Shown: positions 14,743 through 29,672 of the stretch, one piece after another
Position numbering within the stretch: the first letter of the stretch is position 1
Layout: the number at the start of each line of letters is the position of its first letter
Assembly (NCBI RefSeq): GCF_006345805.1
Contig: NC_043004.1
Span: 67,952,001 to 68,016,000 of the forward strand
Direction: 5' to 3'
From: Octopus sinensis
Lineage: Eukaryota
Length of the DNA: 64,000 bases
Translations under genes and position numbers: made by a program
The notes under the pieces: model-generated
The model's database searches: none
What the model was told of the DNA's origin: nothing
Seen by the model: the letters and a program-made list of their open reading frames with translations, nothing else

Positions 14743-15817
14743 CGAGTGGTAGAAAGGGAATTTTTAACTCCCTTTTCTAATTCCGGTATGTGCTGCAGCA
14801 GTTAGCTGAACCCTAATTATAATTATGTATGTATATATATATACTTATTTTTTCGAGGTCGAAAAAGTATAATCAAAACAAACAAAATACATTCGAATGC
14901 AGAATGGATTAAAGCTGCTGTCAAATAACAGTCTACTGTTTGTAAAATGCAGGGACGTCACATTATGTAATGCGAGCCTAAATTTTGCAGCATAAGGAGA
15001 GGACAGGTACTCTGGAAAACCTTTGTATGATAGGTCTAATGAGGCGCAGGTAACCCAGGGCTAAATATTAATAGCAGAAACTACGCTGTAATGATCCACA
15101 AAGAATAACCTACACTTTAATGCAACCCATCACTTCGGCAACCACTAACAACTTCACATCCATCACAAAACGATAATGTATATTATCACCAGAAGCGTCC
15201 TCTCTGTCAGTACTAATAGAACGAACAATACCATCAAACAAGAACAGAAAGAACGACAAAAATTAAGACAAACTACTACGACAAATAGTCTGTCTTTAAT
15301 ATGCAACATTTAGAAATGTGGCTGCCATCATAGTGGCAATAATGTGCGGCAAGGGCTGCTCTATTTGTTGGTAATAAGCAATGGAATAAGAGCGTATAGC
15401 TTAAACGATGGCGGCAGATTTTCTAGCCTTGATGCTCTCTAACCTATGTGCTTTATTCAGTAACTTTACATTCCTTTCTTTATTTCGTTTGGTGAGAAGA
15501 AATGGCGCCTTTATATCGAAAACCAGACAAAATGGATGAAGTTGATTTGTACATAAATTTCCTTTTTGTTTTCCATTTCTTCTTTTCTTCTTGTGTTTTT
15601 GTTTTACTCTCCATTAAGCTTAGGGTAGGATTAAAGATTATAATGGTAAGGAGACAGTTGAAATGACCAGATGAAAAGAGAGGATGAAGAGAGAGCTGTA
15701 AGCGAGATGCGGCTCGTGTCTTTGTATTTATAAATGTAAAATATGTCTTTTTTAATTTCTCGTCCTTTCATACATTTTCTTTTTTTCTTATACACAGTAT
15801 CCGTTCCTCAATATATG

Positions 15818-15873
<56 letters not shown>

Positions 15874-16348
15874 CTTACATATTATATTTACAAATATGTA
15901 TATATAATATACATACCTATGCACATAGACATACACACACAGGCGCACACGAACACACATACACGTGCATAAACATATGTATATAGGCTTATAGATACTA
16001 TATATATATATCTATATATATATATATATATATATATACTAGCAGAGTATTCGGGATTAACTAGGCAGAGTAATAATAATAATGATAATAATAATAATAA
16101 TAATAATAATAAAATTTTCGGTTTAAAAACTTTTTGCATGAATATCGGTATATGAATATAAATCATTTCTTCATTTTTTTTAGACATTCATTAGTACAAC
16201 ATCCCCACCCCCCAAATATATGGCACACTAGGCATAACAACAACATGAACTTCCAACCCTGTTGTCTCTTGAGGTCTCTGGGTGAGACTTGGAGCCAACT
16301 TGTACAAATATAAGCAAAAGTCAAACATAGAATAATATAATAATAATA

Positions 16349-16404
<56 letters not shown>

Positions 16405-16904
16405 TAATAATGTGTTTATTATGAGATCATATACGTCATTATATTTCACGTGAGGAATTAAATGCTTTTATGTCAGTGTGAGATTTAATGCAATGTTTTA
16501 TATGGATATACAATCAATTTAACAGGAAAACAACACAACAAAATCTCTGGAAGTGCAACTTAGGCGGTGAAAATAACATATTAAAAGTTGCGATGGACCC
16601 CTCTGCTTATAGAATATTTCATCGGTAATATAATATTCCATATCAGGAGATACAATGTATATTACATTTTACAAGCAGGCGCATAAAGAAATTATAGGTT
16701 GTTGCGATATAAGCGTACAACATGATATTGGTCTTTAGTAATGCAAAATTCTTGAATATGCAATCTTGCAATATCCGTCGCTTTCCCGACCGGTTTAGTA
16801 AATAAGACAACAAATTATCGCTGTTATAGGATTTTTTTTTTACTTCGAATGGATACATGGAACATGTATTGTGACCGGAAATCTAGGTGTTAATTTTTTA
16901 AACT

Positions 16905-17575
16905 CTAATAGGCATAGGTGTGACTGAATGGTAAGACGCTTGCTACCCAACCACATGAGTCCTTGTTCAGTCCCACTATATATATATATGGGGGGGTGCC
17001 CCTACCACTACCATCGCTTCATAACCAATATTTGTGTATTTACATCTCTGTAAGTTTGCAGTTCGGCATAAGAGACTCATAGATTAAGTATCACGCTTTC
17101 CCAGGGTCGATTTCTTCCATTCAAACCCTTCAAGGTGGTGGTCCAGCATGACTGCAATTAAGTGACTGAAATATGTAAAACCGGCGCAGGCGTGGCTGTG
17201 TGGTAAGAAGCTTGCATCCCAACCAGATGAATCGGTTCCAGTCCTACATCGTGACATCTTGAGCCAGTGATTTCTGCTCTAAACTCAGGCCGACCAAGCC
17301 CTTGTCAGTGGATTTGTAGACGGAAACTAAAAGAAGCCCGTCATATGTATTAATATATATGTATACATGTGTGTTTGCATGTGTACTTGTCCGTCTGTGT
17401 TTGTTCCCCAACCATCGCTTGACAATCGTTGTTGGTGTGTTCACGTCCCCGTAAGTTAGCGGTTCAGAAAAGCGACCGATAGTATAAGTACTAGGCTTAC
17501 AAAGAATAATTCCTGAGGTCGATTTGTTCGACTTAATGCGGTGCTGGAGAACTGCCGCAGTTAAATTATTCAAAG
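16905..17575 (+). mobile_element. Two adjacent tRNA-derived SINEs (family with GGCGTGGCTGTGTGGTAAGAAGCTTGC head)
   Basis: Heads at ~16915 and ~17188; body CATCGCTTGACAA...CACGTCCCCGTAA...GGTCGAT...GGTGCT shared with 29440-29672, 18178-18360 and 45770-46165. Confidence 0.8.
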
Positions 17576-18101
17576 AATTCAAAGAGTAAAAAAGTAATGG
17601 TTAACTATTTCAGTTTCAATCCCAAAATTGTCAAATGATTCGGAAGAATCACTATTCCTTAGACGTGTCAATGACACACTTATATGAGCTTTGTTACACT
17701 GACTTTTTTACAAAATTGTATCAGTTAATGATATATCAGGTTCAGGCACAATTTCGTATTCAATTTGTCTGCTGTATACGGGACAATGTCATTTTTGGAT
17801 CAGGAAATATCTATCCAACATGCAATAAATCAATGGTAAAAACATGAAACACGTTATTTGCGAAAGATACAATCCTGTAGACAGAAAATTGGAAATTTGA
17901 TCTCTACCAGACGACAACTGTAAATATTTTAGATTTAGAGCAGCTTCAAAGACACTGAAGTAGTTTGGAAGATTCACAGCATTTGAACAAGAGAATGAAA
18001 AACAAATATTTCGTGGTAATTTCGGATGCAGGAGATTCGATAGAAGTGGGAAAAAATGAAATAGTAATACATCTGGGAGGTCTCTAGCTCGCGAGCACAC
18101 A

Positions 18102-18145
<44 letters not shown>

Positions 18146-18177
18146 ATCACATTCTTTAACTATTATTTTTACTTGCT

Positions 18178-18360
18178 TCCGTCATTTCACAGTGGTCATG
18201 CTGGAGCACCGCCTTTCGTCGACCAAATACACCCCAGGACTTATTCTTTGTAAGCTTAGTACCTATTCTGTTGATGTCTTAGATCGAACCGCTAATGCTA
18301 CGGGGACGTATACACAGCAACATCGATTGTCAAGTGATGGTTGCGGAACAAACACAGACA
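18178..18360 (-). mobile_element. SINE 3' half (same family as 17188), cut by the gap
   Basis: Reverse complement of the 17400-17570 body. Confidence 0.75.
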
Positions 18361-18460
18361 NNNNNNNNNNNNNNNNNNNNNNNNNNNNNNNNNNNNNNNN
18401 NNNNNNNNNNNNNNNNNNNNNNNNNNNNNNNNNNNNNNNNNNNNNNNNNNNNNNNNNNNN
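18361..18460. other. Assembly gap (100 N)
   Basis: Run of n. Confidence 1.
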
Positions 18461-19169
18461 TACATACATACATACATACATACATACATACATACATACA
18501 TACATACATACATACATAAATACATACGCACATACATACATACATACGAACAATAGTAAAACATTAGTGTGTGATATAGAGATATAATAGATATGATAAT
18601 GATTTTAGGGCATAGTTCTTGTGAGCAAGCGTCATAAATTCACTTTTAGCCTCGGCCGTAGGGAGTTGAAATTTGATAGCGTTGTGATGAGTGGCACTCT
18701 ACATCCATCCATCGCTACAGGTTTATAACTTTTGTTTATAGAGTGTATGTGCGTGCTTATACACACACATACATATATACATACATACATACATACATAC
18801 ATACATACATGATACATGCATACACAGGCGTGTGCGTACATGCATACGTAACATACATACACAATGTATGCATACATACACACATACATACGTACATATA
18901 TATGACGAACTAACTGTTACTTTCTTAGATGCAGCACGGACTTTGTCAGTGAACAGGTCGCGGATTTTAGCGACGAAAAATATTTTGACAAATTAAACTT
19001 AAATGTTGGAGTGAACCGAACGGCTTTTGTGTGTTTCTTAAATGGCTTATAAACACCTTCCACGCTGCAATTGTATATATATTATATATATATGTTAATA
19101 AAAATAGAACATATGCATATATATAAAACAATATGTACGTACCTACCTATACATGTACATATACACGCA

Positions 19170-19800
19170 TATATGTGTACAGGACACCAAAAAGACGTCG
19201 AACACATAGAGAGACGAAAAAACATAGACACAAACCAAGGAACAGGACAAGCCAAAAAAGAAAAAAGAGATACAGGACAATAAGCACAACGAAAAAATCC
19301 CCTTCTTCCGTCGCTAAGGTTTCATCTACTCTACGTTTCGAAGGATAAACGAGACGTTTATAATCGAAAACTTCCTTCTGCGAAAAGCAAATCAATAAAA
19401 ATTATGAGATCTTTTCGCAGAGGGGTAAAAGATGGTAAAAAAGCAAGACGGTAACGACAGTACAAACATTAAACAGTAAAAAAAAAAAAAAATTATAATA
19501 AACAGTTGAAAATATAAATATATAACAGTGAGAAGACAGGACAAGGAGAACAAGATAAGAAGGGCTGTTTACGCCAGACGAAAAAGTAATGCAAACGCTG
19601 GATTATAGTGGACGACGAGAGAGAAAGAATGTCGACCAGTGGCCTTAGAAGGCGGGCGAGAAAAGAACGGATAGCCGTTACGACGGAAGTATCGTCGCAG
19701 ATGGACGACGGGAATGGGGGAAGGAGGAGCAAGAGAAGAGAGAGAAGAAGGGGAAGGTGCGAGGAGACCATGAAGAATGGTGAGGGGGAGAGAGAGAATG
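19170..19800 (-). mobile_element. Degraded Penelope-like remnant (linker plus terminal region)
   Basis: Minus-strand peptide YFRRNGYP...SLVVHYNP resembles the NGYP...PLVxxYNP linker of Penelope ORFs; GAAGGA...TCCTTCGAAACGTA terminal motif at 19328-19387. Confidence 0.45.
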
Positions 19801-20532
19801 AAGAATGAGGAGAGAGAAGAGACCAAGTTAAGTGAGGGAAAAAGGACGAAAAAGGGAATGGGAGAGAAAGAAAGAAAGATGCAGATACATATATAACAAA
19901 GTACAGTTGTAAGGTAACGCATGAGTCGAAATATATATGAAGGAATGTTTGAAAATGCAATTTTAAAGATGTTTATTCACTTGACCGGTTTCACTTTTAT
20001 AGAAAAAGATTGTCAAAAGTAAAATGTAAAGCTTTGTATGAGCTTTGTTGTGTTAAGTACTGGTTGTCACAAAAGTATTATAAAGCAGAAATGTATGCAT
20101 TGATAATAATAAGAAAATGCTAAAAAGAGTTTACAGGAAAGTATTTGAGAAAATAATCAGAACGGGACTCCAAAAAGTAGAGTTTATTAAAAATCATGTT
20201 TGTTTGGTAGTATATATATATATACATAGGAGATATATCTAAGAATCTGCAAAAAATTGTAGAGGAATTACTGGCCTTTCTGACATTTTCTCCTACTATC
20301 TTAAGGGACAGTTTGGAAGGTTGGTTGGAGGAAGGGAGAGCAATGCGGATTTAAAGGGGCTTGTTTTATTTCTGAGCTAGTCTGCATTGGTTCAGTGGTT
20401 TTTGAGAATGGTCTTAGTTGTCATACTCATATAATCCATATCTATACTCATATATACATATATATATATGTATATATATGTAAATATATATATATTAATA
20501 TACATACATACATATATAATATATATATACAC

Positions 20533-20599
<67 letters not shown>

Positions 20600-21454
20600 T
20601 GTGTATATATATATATATATATATCTAGTATATATATATAGAGAGAGACAGAGACAGAGAAAGGAGTATGTGTGAGTGTGAGTTTAGGCACAGACACACA
20701 GAGACAGACAGAAAAAAGGGCTCCCACACCATAAAACATACAAAGAGACACGGAAACGCACGCCTACCACCAACATACTACCATATATTCGTACGCATAC
20801 AGATATACGCTGATAGGTCCACATATGCATGCTTCACTCGTTACTCTTGTTCTCCCAATATCAGGGCTCTTAGTTAATTTCTATTTTCCTAGTGTTTCAG
20901 TAGATATCGTGCTAACCGTTCTTCACGCTCTGAATCAAATATCCTCAGCACCATTCTGGCGAAACGCTTATCGCGGATGTTGTTTCAGGCTCCAGTTGAT
21001 AAAACCTAATTTCACTGCGATTATTGCAAAACGAAGATCTACTCACTTCTTACATGGATACTGTTTATATATTATTATAACTTTATCTATTATCGTACTA
21101 ATAAAAAACACATCAAGTAAAAGGTAAACAGACGGCCTGTATTTGTACGTTGATCATTCGCAATATATCATATGTAGAACAAATACTTTGTCCGCTTCGC
21201 CCTTCACCCTCCAGGCGAATGTCTGAAGTCACACGGTACGATTAGACGTGATATATTAAACATGATATATATTCGACAATGTAGTCCCTAAAATACAAAC
21301 TAGAAAGCCTATATTCTCAGTCCTGATCGATTACGTCTCGTCTGGCTGTATGAATCAAAAGGAACATAATTCTTAGAAACAAGAACATACGTTATCCTGA
21401 CGGTCATCGTATGAGAAATAGTCAATAAATCACTCTTCAATTACAGGATAATGC

Positions 21455-21497
<43 letters not shown>

Positions 21498-22399
21498 TGT
21501 GTGTGTGTGTCATTAAATACTGTACCTCCTGACATAAAAAAAACACTTGAAAGATACGCTTGAGGGTCTTTTGATCTGATATCTCATCCATCCGTGATGA
21601 CCTGTAATGCAAACAACAAACTGAACATATATAAATATATATTTTGTTTGATGAATGAATCGATATTCTAAAGGTTATCTCTGCAAAAGCATTGTCTCAT
21701 GTGTTGCGTGTCACTTGAATCTAATTTATGAATAAGTTAAGCTGAAGAAATGGAGCTGAGCAAATGATATGTTTTTGGTGAACCTTACACAATACTGGAT
21801 CAAATGTGAAATCATTCCGTCGCACAGAGACAGTATCTATTCTTTAACGTACATTAATAATTGAACTGCGGCCATATTGAGTCATTGTCTTACAGAGTTT
21901 AGTCGATCATACTGACCTAGTTCAGACTTTCCGTCTGGTGCATATGATATCGTTTTCTTTTGAAAAATGTTAGATTGCAATTAGATGTATAAACCGGCGC
22001 CAATAATCAAACCTTTCGGGGAAAAAAATATAAATGCAAGGAAAGATACACGCTCATGCACATATATGCATAAATATATGTTTGTTAGGGTTAGAGTGCA
22101 TGCACGTATGTACAATAGGCTACCGGTCTCCCACAAAGTTCCCGTTTACCGAACTGATTCACCATCGATAAGTCTGAGTAGAGCTACAGCGGATGACGAT
22201 TACCAAAGAAGCTATGTAGTACAACTGAATGTGAAACAATGTGGTTCTTAAGCAAACCATGCAAAATGATATACGTAGTATCTGAGTAACACACTCAAAT
22301 ACATAGATATTAATATAATATACATACCTGCTGAACGAATATGGTTGAAAGAATTTGGGCAGTATAAGCCATTATATATATAACGCACACACACAAGTA

Positions 22400-22675
22400 T
22401 ATAAAACACACACACACACACACACATATATATATGTATACATACGTACATACCTGCATGTATATATATACATACACATACATGCATACGTACATACATA
22501 CATACATACATACATACATACATACATAATATATACATTCATACATACGTACATACATACATACATACATACATACATACATACATACATACATACATAC
22601 ATACATACATGCATGCATGCATACATACATACATACATACATACATACATTACATACCATACATACATACATACA
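22400..22675. repeat. (CATA)n microsatellite block
   Basis: Direct reading. Confidence 0.97.
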
Positions 22676-23073
22676 CGTGTAGAGATAAGATCAAAGCATC
22701 AAGAAGTCAGTGAGCTTCAAGCAACCCGTAGATATAAAAAACAATTTTCCAGAACAATAGTGGTTATTGGCCCAAAATATTGCAAATTTTTTCTTATATC
22801 GAAGTATGATAAGCTTTTATAGTTCACATTTAGCAACAGGAATTGGTTATACGAATAAACATGAAAAAATTTGGGAATGGAGCAGACAAAATCCAGGCTC
22901 CCTATGTTTCATAGCTAGAGGATCCTCGGAAGTAGTAGATTATCCAAGCGAGTGTCAGACTGTGAGTTACTCTTTAGGCCAAGGATAAATGGTTTACTCG
23001 AAGTTTACGTTGCTGTTGGGGGATACCGAGTTAACTTGTTGGGGATTTCGATAGACTTGTTAAGGATTTCGAA

Positions 23074-23185
23074 AGAAGAAGAAGAAGAAGAAGAAGAAGA
23101 AGAAGAAGAAGAAGAAGAAGAAGAAGAAGAAGAAGAAGAAGAAGAAGAAGAAGAAGAAGAAGAAGAAGAAGAAGAAGAAGAAGAA
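23074..23185. repeat. (GAA)n microsatellite
   Basis: Direct reading. Confidence 0.99.
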
Positions 23186-23572
23186 TAGTGATACAGCTAT
23201 ATTTTTCTCTGAAGGAGAGTAACGAACCGGAATTACAAGTGCTCTTACATTAAATAATATGTGATAAGGACATCTTTCGAATGGAGATACAATAAAATTG
23301 TCAGTTATTATAGGTTATTAGAGTAGCTGAGACTATAGTCGAGGATCGTGAGACCTACCAATATCAGGTGTGGTTTATGAGATCCCATATATCCACATAC
23401 ATATTCATACGCGTACAACGTACATACATATGCGTGTGAGTGAGCGGACAAACAAAAGAAAGTAGCACACTCGAACAGGTCGGCTCCGTGTTTCTCGAGC
23501 CATATACTTAGAGCTTATCCCGAACGGGTAGCGCTTCCCGATATACTTTAAACTTTATTGAATGTTTTGAGT

Positions 23573-23610
<38 letters not shown>

Positions 23611-23611
<1 letters not shown>

Positions 23612-25321
23612 AAATATTAGGGGAAAATATATAAAATATTAGGGAATATATGGGATATATATATATTAAATTAGAGATAAAACCACTATTAGGCAAACCA
23701 AACAGTGAAAAACCTTGCAAAATCTAAGTATATATTTATATTTAAGATTTTTTTAATAAGTCTTATTGTATAATTTTGTATATTATATAAATACTGATTG
23801 TTATGTAATGATTTAGTTATCGTAGTTATTTCTATATAATTATTAGATTTTAACTCTACGTTTATTCGTAAGACTTTACTTAGCCAAAGAGATATATAGA
23901 TCGTTAACAGTAATACGATTTTTTTTTAAAGTTAGATTTCCTGTATATACATGTATTGATAGCATAAACTTTAGTCTTTAATAATTATATTTGTTGATAG
24001 TTATTTTAAATATTTTATAATTATTATTATAACTTATATATAGTTTTTTTCAATTGATAATTGGTTGTAGTATTTCTTCCATTGATAAATATATTCGTAG
24101 TATTTATTCGATACTATATAACTACGGATTGATTATTTCATTAAGTATTTTATTATTTCATTTTAGTTCTTAACTATACGGTTTTTGTTGGTTATTAATT
24201 AGCCAACGAGATATATGGATCGTTAATTAGTTATAGCGTTCTTTTAAGTTTGTTTGTTTGTTTACAATTTGCTTTTTTATCTTTAATCTTTTAACATATT
24301 TATAAGTAATAATGAATAATTAATTTATTAGGTCTTTATTATACGTGCATATATATTGATTGATAGAGATAATTTTAGATCTTAATTCTTATATTCATAT
24401 ACAGTTATATATATTCATGATAATTTAGTTATTATTCAAATTTTAAATACTTATTTGACTTGAAATTAAATTTAATATTATGAATAGTGATATTTTTTGT
24501 TTATTTTTTTTTCTTAAATATTTAGGTAATTAGATATTGACTATAACTGAGATTAGATTATTTGTGTGTTTATTATGTTTTTTGAAAGCCATATTATATC
24601 TAAATAGATAAATACATTCTCTATCTATTCTTACGTTAAAAATTAATATCAAAAATTAACATTATAATCTATTGTATGACATAATAATAATCGTTAAAGT
24701 TTGATAATAGAGTTTTTTAAAAGAAAAATTATTATTTTATTTATTTCCTAAAAAATATTGTCTTAATATATTTTATTATTTATTTAAATATTATCATTAA
24801 CCTGCAGATTGACTATAACTATAATTCGAATTATTAATTGAATTTAAATTATTCTTATTCGAATTAGGTTATGGGCATGAAACGATCGAAGTGGTTTTAC
24901 TTTTTATCTTTTAAACTTTCTAATACTTTTTGATATTTATATATATTTAATTAAAAAAAACAATAAATAAATATGTAAATAAATAAATAAATATATAATT
25001 AAATAAATAAAAAAATAAAAATAAAAATAAAAATAATAATACAAATAAAAATAATATATACATATATTTATAAGTATAAATTAATAATAAAATTTTTTTT
25101 TTTCAATTTTAACTTTAAATTTAAATAATTTAAATTTTGAATTTTATATTTATTATTTTGTATATATAGTCATTAATTTTATTTCTATGCCTTGGTTTAT
25201 GTTTTTCACTGTTTGATTTACCTAATAGTGGTTTTATCTCTGATATATATTTATACTCTAAAATTAGATTTAATCCTAAATCTACTCGTTCCCTGTAAGT
25301 TTGGATTTACTCCCTAATATT
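23611..25321. mobile_element. Ultra-AT-rich element bounded by inverted repeats, set in (TA)n; possibly Penelope-derived
   Basis: 23673-23713 and 25201-25241 are inverted with 39/41 identity; outer AATATTAGGG/CCCTAATATT; no intact ORF. Confidence 0.6.
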
Positions 25322-25435
25322 ATATAGATATATATAGATATAATATATAAATATATATAGATAATATTATATATATGTGTGTGTGTGTAGTGTATGTATA
25401 TATGTATGAATATCTGTGTATATATATATATATAT

Positions 25436-25636
25436 ATAAGGTTAATCCAAACGGGAAACAGGAAAAAAACAACAACACGTGGAACAATTACAGTATTATT
25501 ATTATTAGGCGCTCAGGAAAATGGAAGAAGGAGGGTATGACGTTTCGAGCGGAGCTCTTCGTCGGAAACATAGGAGAAAGAAAGATCCCGAGACGGGAGG
25601 ACAGGGGAAAAAAATTGCAGGTAGTCTTCACGAGGT

Positions 25637-25640
<4 letters not shown>
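25436..25640 (-). mobile_element. Penelope-type terminal fragment with hammerhead-like motif, flanked by (TA)n
   Basis: Minus strand GTTT-CCGACGA-A-GAGC-TCC-GCTC-GAAACGTC at 25535-25569. Confidence 0.55.
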
Positions 25641-25678
<38 letters not shown>

Positions 25679-25724
25679 AATAAATGATTGTGTAGACAAA
25701 CTGATGGGTTACGTAGCTGGTCAG

Positions 25725-26434
<710 letters not shown>

Positions 26435-26719
26435 CAGAATGTTTATTGTAATATATGTAAACACATTTCTCTAGAATTTGTATCACATGGTATTTGAGAA
26501 AATTTTAGCAAGGGAGATATTACGTCATCACGTTGCTAGGGAAACGTATGGCTATGTGACGTCAGTCAGGTGTTATAGTTTCCAAATTTACTCTATATTA
26601 ATTGAGAAATGGCCGCAACATCTTAAATTCAAGCACGTGCGCGCTTATACAGGCAGTGATCAACTCACAGAAACACAGACAACGAATAAACATGCATAGA
26701 TATGTATTTATTTAACTAT

Positions 26720-26776
<57 letters not shown>

Positions 26777-26778
26777 TG

Positions 26779-26813
<35 letters not shown>

Positions 26814-26830
26814 ATATATATATAAAAGTG

Positions 26831-26907
<77 letters not shown>

Positions 26908-27149
26908 ATATATAGGTATGTGTGTGTGTACGCGTGTGCGTATCTTTCTACACACATAGATATAGAAGTGAATATAAGGGCATAGACATTTACAGGTAAA
27001 TACATATATGGTTTGTCAGTAAATCGTAAATCTGAAAGAGAAATATACTCACTATTATAGAACAATAGAGTATTAATAAAAATATACGTATGGCCCGTTT
27101 TTATGGTTAACAAGCCTTGGTGTTTTATCTCATTACGAAAAAAAATTAT

Positions 27150-27285
27150 ATATATATACGACGTCTAACACTCTACCACTCACAAGGATTGGTCGGCTAT
27201 ACCCGAATAAACTCGCCCAAGGCGTCACGGAGTTGAACTGGACCAGGTACCATGTGGTTGGCAAGCAAACTTCTTACCACATGAC
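27150..27285 (-). mobile_element. SINE 5' fragment
   Basis: Reverse complement of the GTGGTAAGAAGTTTGCTTGCCAACCACATGG head. Confidence 0.6.
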
Positions 27286-27415
27286 AGAGAGAAACGTTAT
27301 GTAAACGTCATAAATGAACATGGATCATACTTTGATTAAATAAATCACTTCTCTAACACTTCTGAAACATTTTATTTTCACCTTTCGAATACGACATTTC
27401 TTGTGAAACAAACTA

Positions 27416-27448
<33 letters not shown>

Positions 27449-27512
27449 CACACACCTATATACACGCACACAAACATACACTCACATATATGTGTGCATG
27501 TATGTATTATAT

Positions 27513-27580
<68 letters not shown>

Positions 27581-27639
27581 TATATGGGGTGTGGGGACTA
27601 ATTTAGATGATGATTTATATTTTCTTAGTCCAAAAGCAG

Positions 27640-29340
27640 GTTGATGTATTGGTCAAAGATGCACGGCGTTAGAGGGAATTTGTGTTGCTGTCTGTGTTGC
27701 TCCCACAGTTTCTTTACTTATTCGTTGGCTCCAGGTTGTATCGTCCCTGTATTGGTAGAGGGGGAAAATCCTGAAGCTTGGAATTTTTTGTTTGGCCTAT
27801 GCATTGTTCTTGACACCCAGAGCAGGTTAGTGTGTATATCAGGTTCTCCGAAGCACGCGTGAAGTTGCTTTTCACGGTAAACCGTTGTACCTGTTTGAAG
27901 GAGAACTCTGATCCCTCAATTAGATAATCACATATTCCGCAATTGGGTCTTCCACATTTTTTTACTGTCGGCTTCTGTGTTGAAGAGCGTATTCGGGCTT
28001 GTGTTAGGAGACTTTCCATAAATTTAGGCTGTCTCTTGCTTTTTATGATCGTGTATTTTTGGAGGATTGTGTTCATTCTGTGGTCTTTTTTTAGCAGGGG
28101 TATGTTTTGGAGGATGGTGTCGAAGGCTTCATTGTTGAGAGGGTTGTCTGTGGAGATGTATGGTAAGGCTTTTGTTCGTAAATTTTTCTTTGATTTGGGA
28201 TGTCTGAGTTCCTGGATGTAGATTTCAATGCATATGTCAATAAGTGAAGGTGGGTAGTTCCTGGTGATGAGGGTATCTTTTATTTCTTGTAGTCGTGTGT
28301 CTCTGGTGTTTGCATTAGAAAATATAGTACATATCCTTTTTGCTAGATTGAAGGGGATATTCATTCTGGTGTGGCATGAATTGAATGGAAGATATTGCTT
28401 AGAATCTGTAGGCTTATAGTATATATCTTTTTCTATTACATTATTAGATTTCTTAATGAGGATGTCGAGGAAGGGGACTTGTTGCTGGCTATATTCCATC
28501 GTGAATTGGATGTTTACGTTCAGTCCATTTAAAATTGCTTGGAATTCTTTGAGTTTCTCTATATTTCATGCCAAAGAATGAAACAGTCATCTAGGTATCT
28601 CTTCCAGTTGTTTTCTATGTAGAGGGAGAAAGGGTTGCCATAGCTTTCTAGAACCTTACGATACAGACTGATTTCTAGATATCCCATGACTAGGTTGGCA
28701 AAGGAGGGGGCCATTCGCGTACCCATCGCAGTCCCCGATTTTTGTCGGTAGAAGACTTTGAAGGCGAAGAAGTTATTTTCCAGGATGAATTTAACCCCTT
28801 CTATCACGAATTCTCTTTTGATGCGATGTGGGAGTTCGTTGGCGTGATTCTCTAGCAAGAATTGAATGCCTCTATTCCTAGGTTGTGGGGGATATTGGAG
28901 TAGAGGTTGACTACATCGAAGGATACTAGTAGGGTGTTTTTGTTTATAGTATTAGGTAGGTGATTGAGCATATCCAGGTCGTCCCTTATATAGCTTTTGA
29001 CATGTTTGAGGAGTGGTTTTAACAGGGTGCCTAAAAATTTACTGAGGCGGTGGGTTTCGCATGCGGGACCTGCTATTATGGGTCTCAATTTGAGGTCATT
29101 AGGATTAGGGACTTTAATTATTGTCTGTGGCTATGTTGCATGCGTTACTTATTTTCTCACTTTTATGTATCTTAGGAATACCGTAGAATTGGCTGGTTTT
29201 ACTTGTGAAATTGGTCATATAGTCATATTATTTGTCCGTGAGCTCATCTTTGTATGGGTTTATCATGGATTTTACTTCCCTCATTATTTTTTGTTGACTG
29301 TAGTTTTGTGCATTTCATAATATGTTGTGTCTTCCAACAT
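27640..29340 (-). mobile_element. Penelope-like element, RT plus start of GIY-YIG, frameshifted and truncated
   Basis: RPII...SFDVVNLYSNIP; GTAMGTRMAPSFANL; RYLDDCF; VPFLDI...YYKPTD; RNYP; CGRPNCGIC; NLIYTLTC..C...IGQT in ORFs 28852-29088, 28559-28858, 27714-28499. Confidence 0.92.
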
Positions 29341-29374
29341 AGATAGTACTAAAGTTATGTAAAATGCCGTGTCC

Positions 29375-29432
<58 letters not shown>

Positions 29433-29439
29433 ATGTATG

Positions 29440-29672
29440 TATGTGTGTGTATATGTTGTGTGTCTGTGTTGTCCCCCCAGCATCGCTTGACAACCGATGG
29501 TGGTGTGTTCACGTCCCCGTAACGTAGCGGATAGGCAAAAGCGACCGATAGAGTAAGTACAAGGTTTCCAAAGAAAAAGTCCTGGGGTCGATTTTCTGGA
29601 CTAAAGGCGGTGCTCCAGCATGGTCGCAGTCAAATGACTGAAACAAGTAAAACAGTAAAAAAGAGTAAGGAG
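29440..29672 (+). mobile_element. SINE 3' half
   Basis: Matches the 17390-17575 body. Confidence 0.8.

Noticed and set aside
16255-16390. Possible RLE-LINE 3'UTR before (TAA)n
   Set aside because: Only a short GAGGTC...GACTT resemblance to 7920-7945 and no coding remnant
20860-20990. Minus-strand peptide RIFDSEREERLARYLLK resembling a pogo/CENP-B helix
   Set aside because: Too short, bounded by stops, with no other transposase motif nearby
22952-23188. Poly-Glu ORF
   Set aside because: It is a (GAA)n microsatellite with a non-ATG start and no domain
23611-25321. Mitochondrial control-region NUMT
   Set aside because: No mitochondrial tRNA, rRNA or protein remnant is recognisable, and terminal inverted repeats fit a mobile element better
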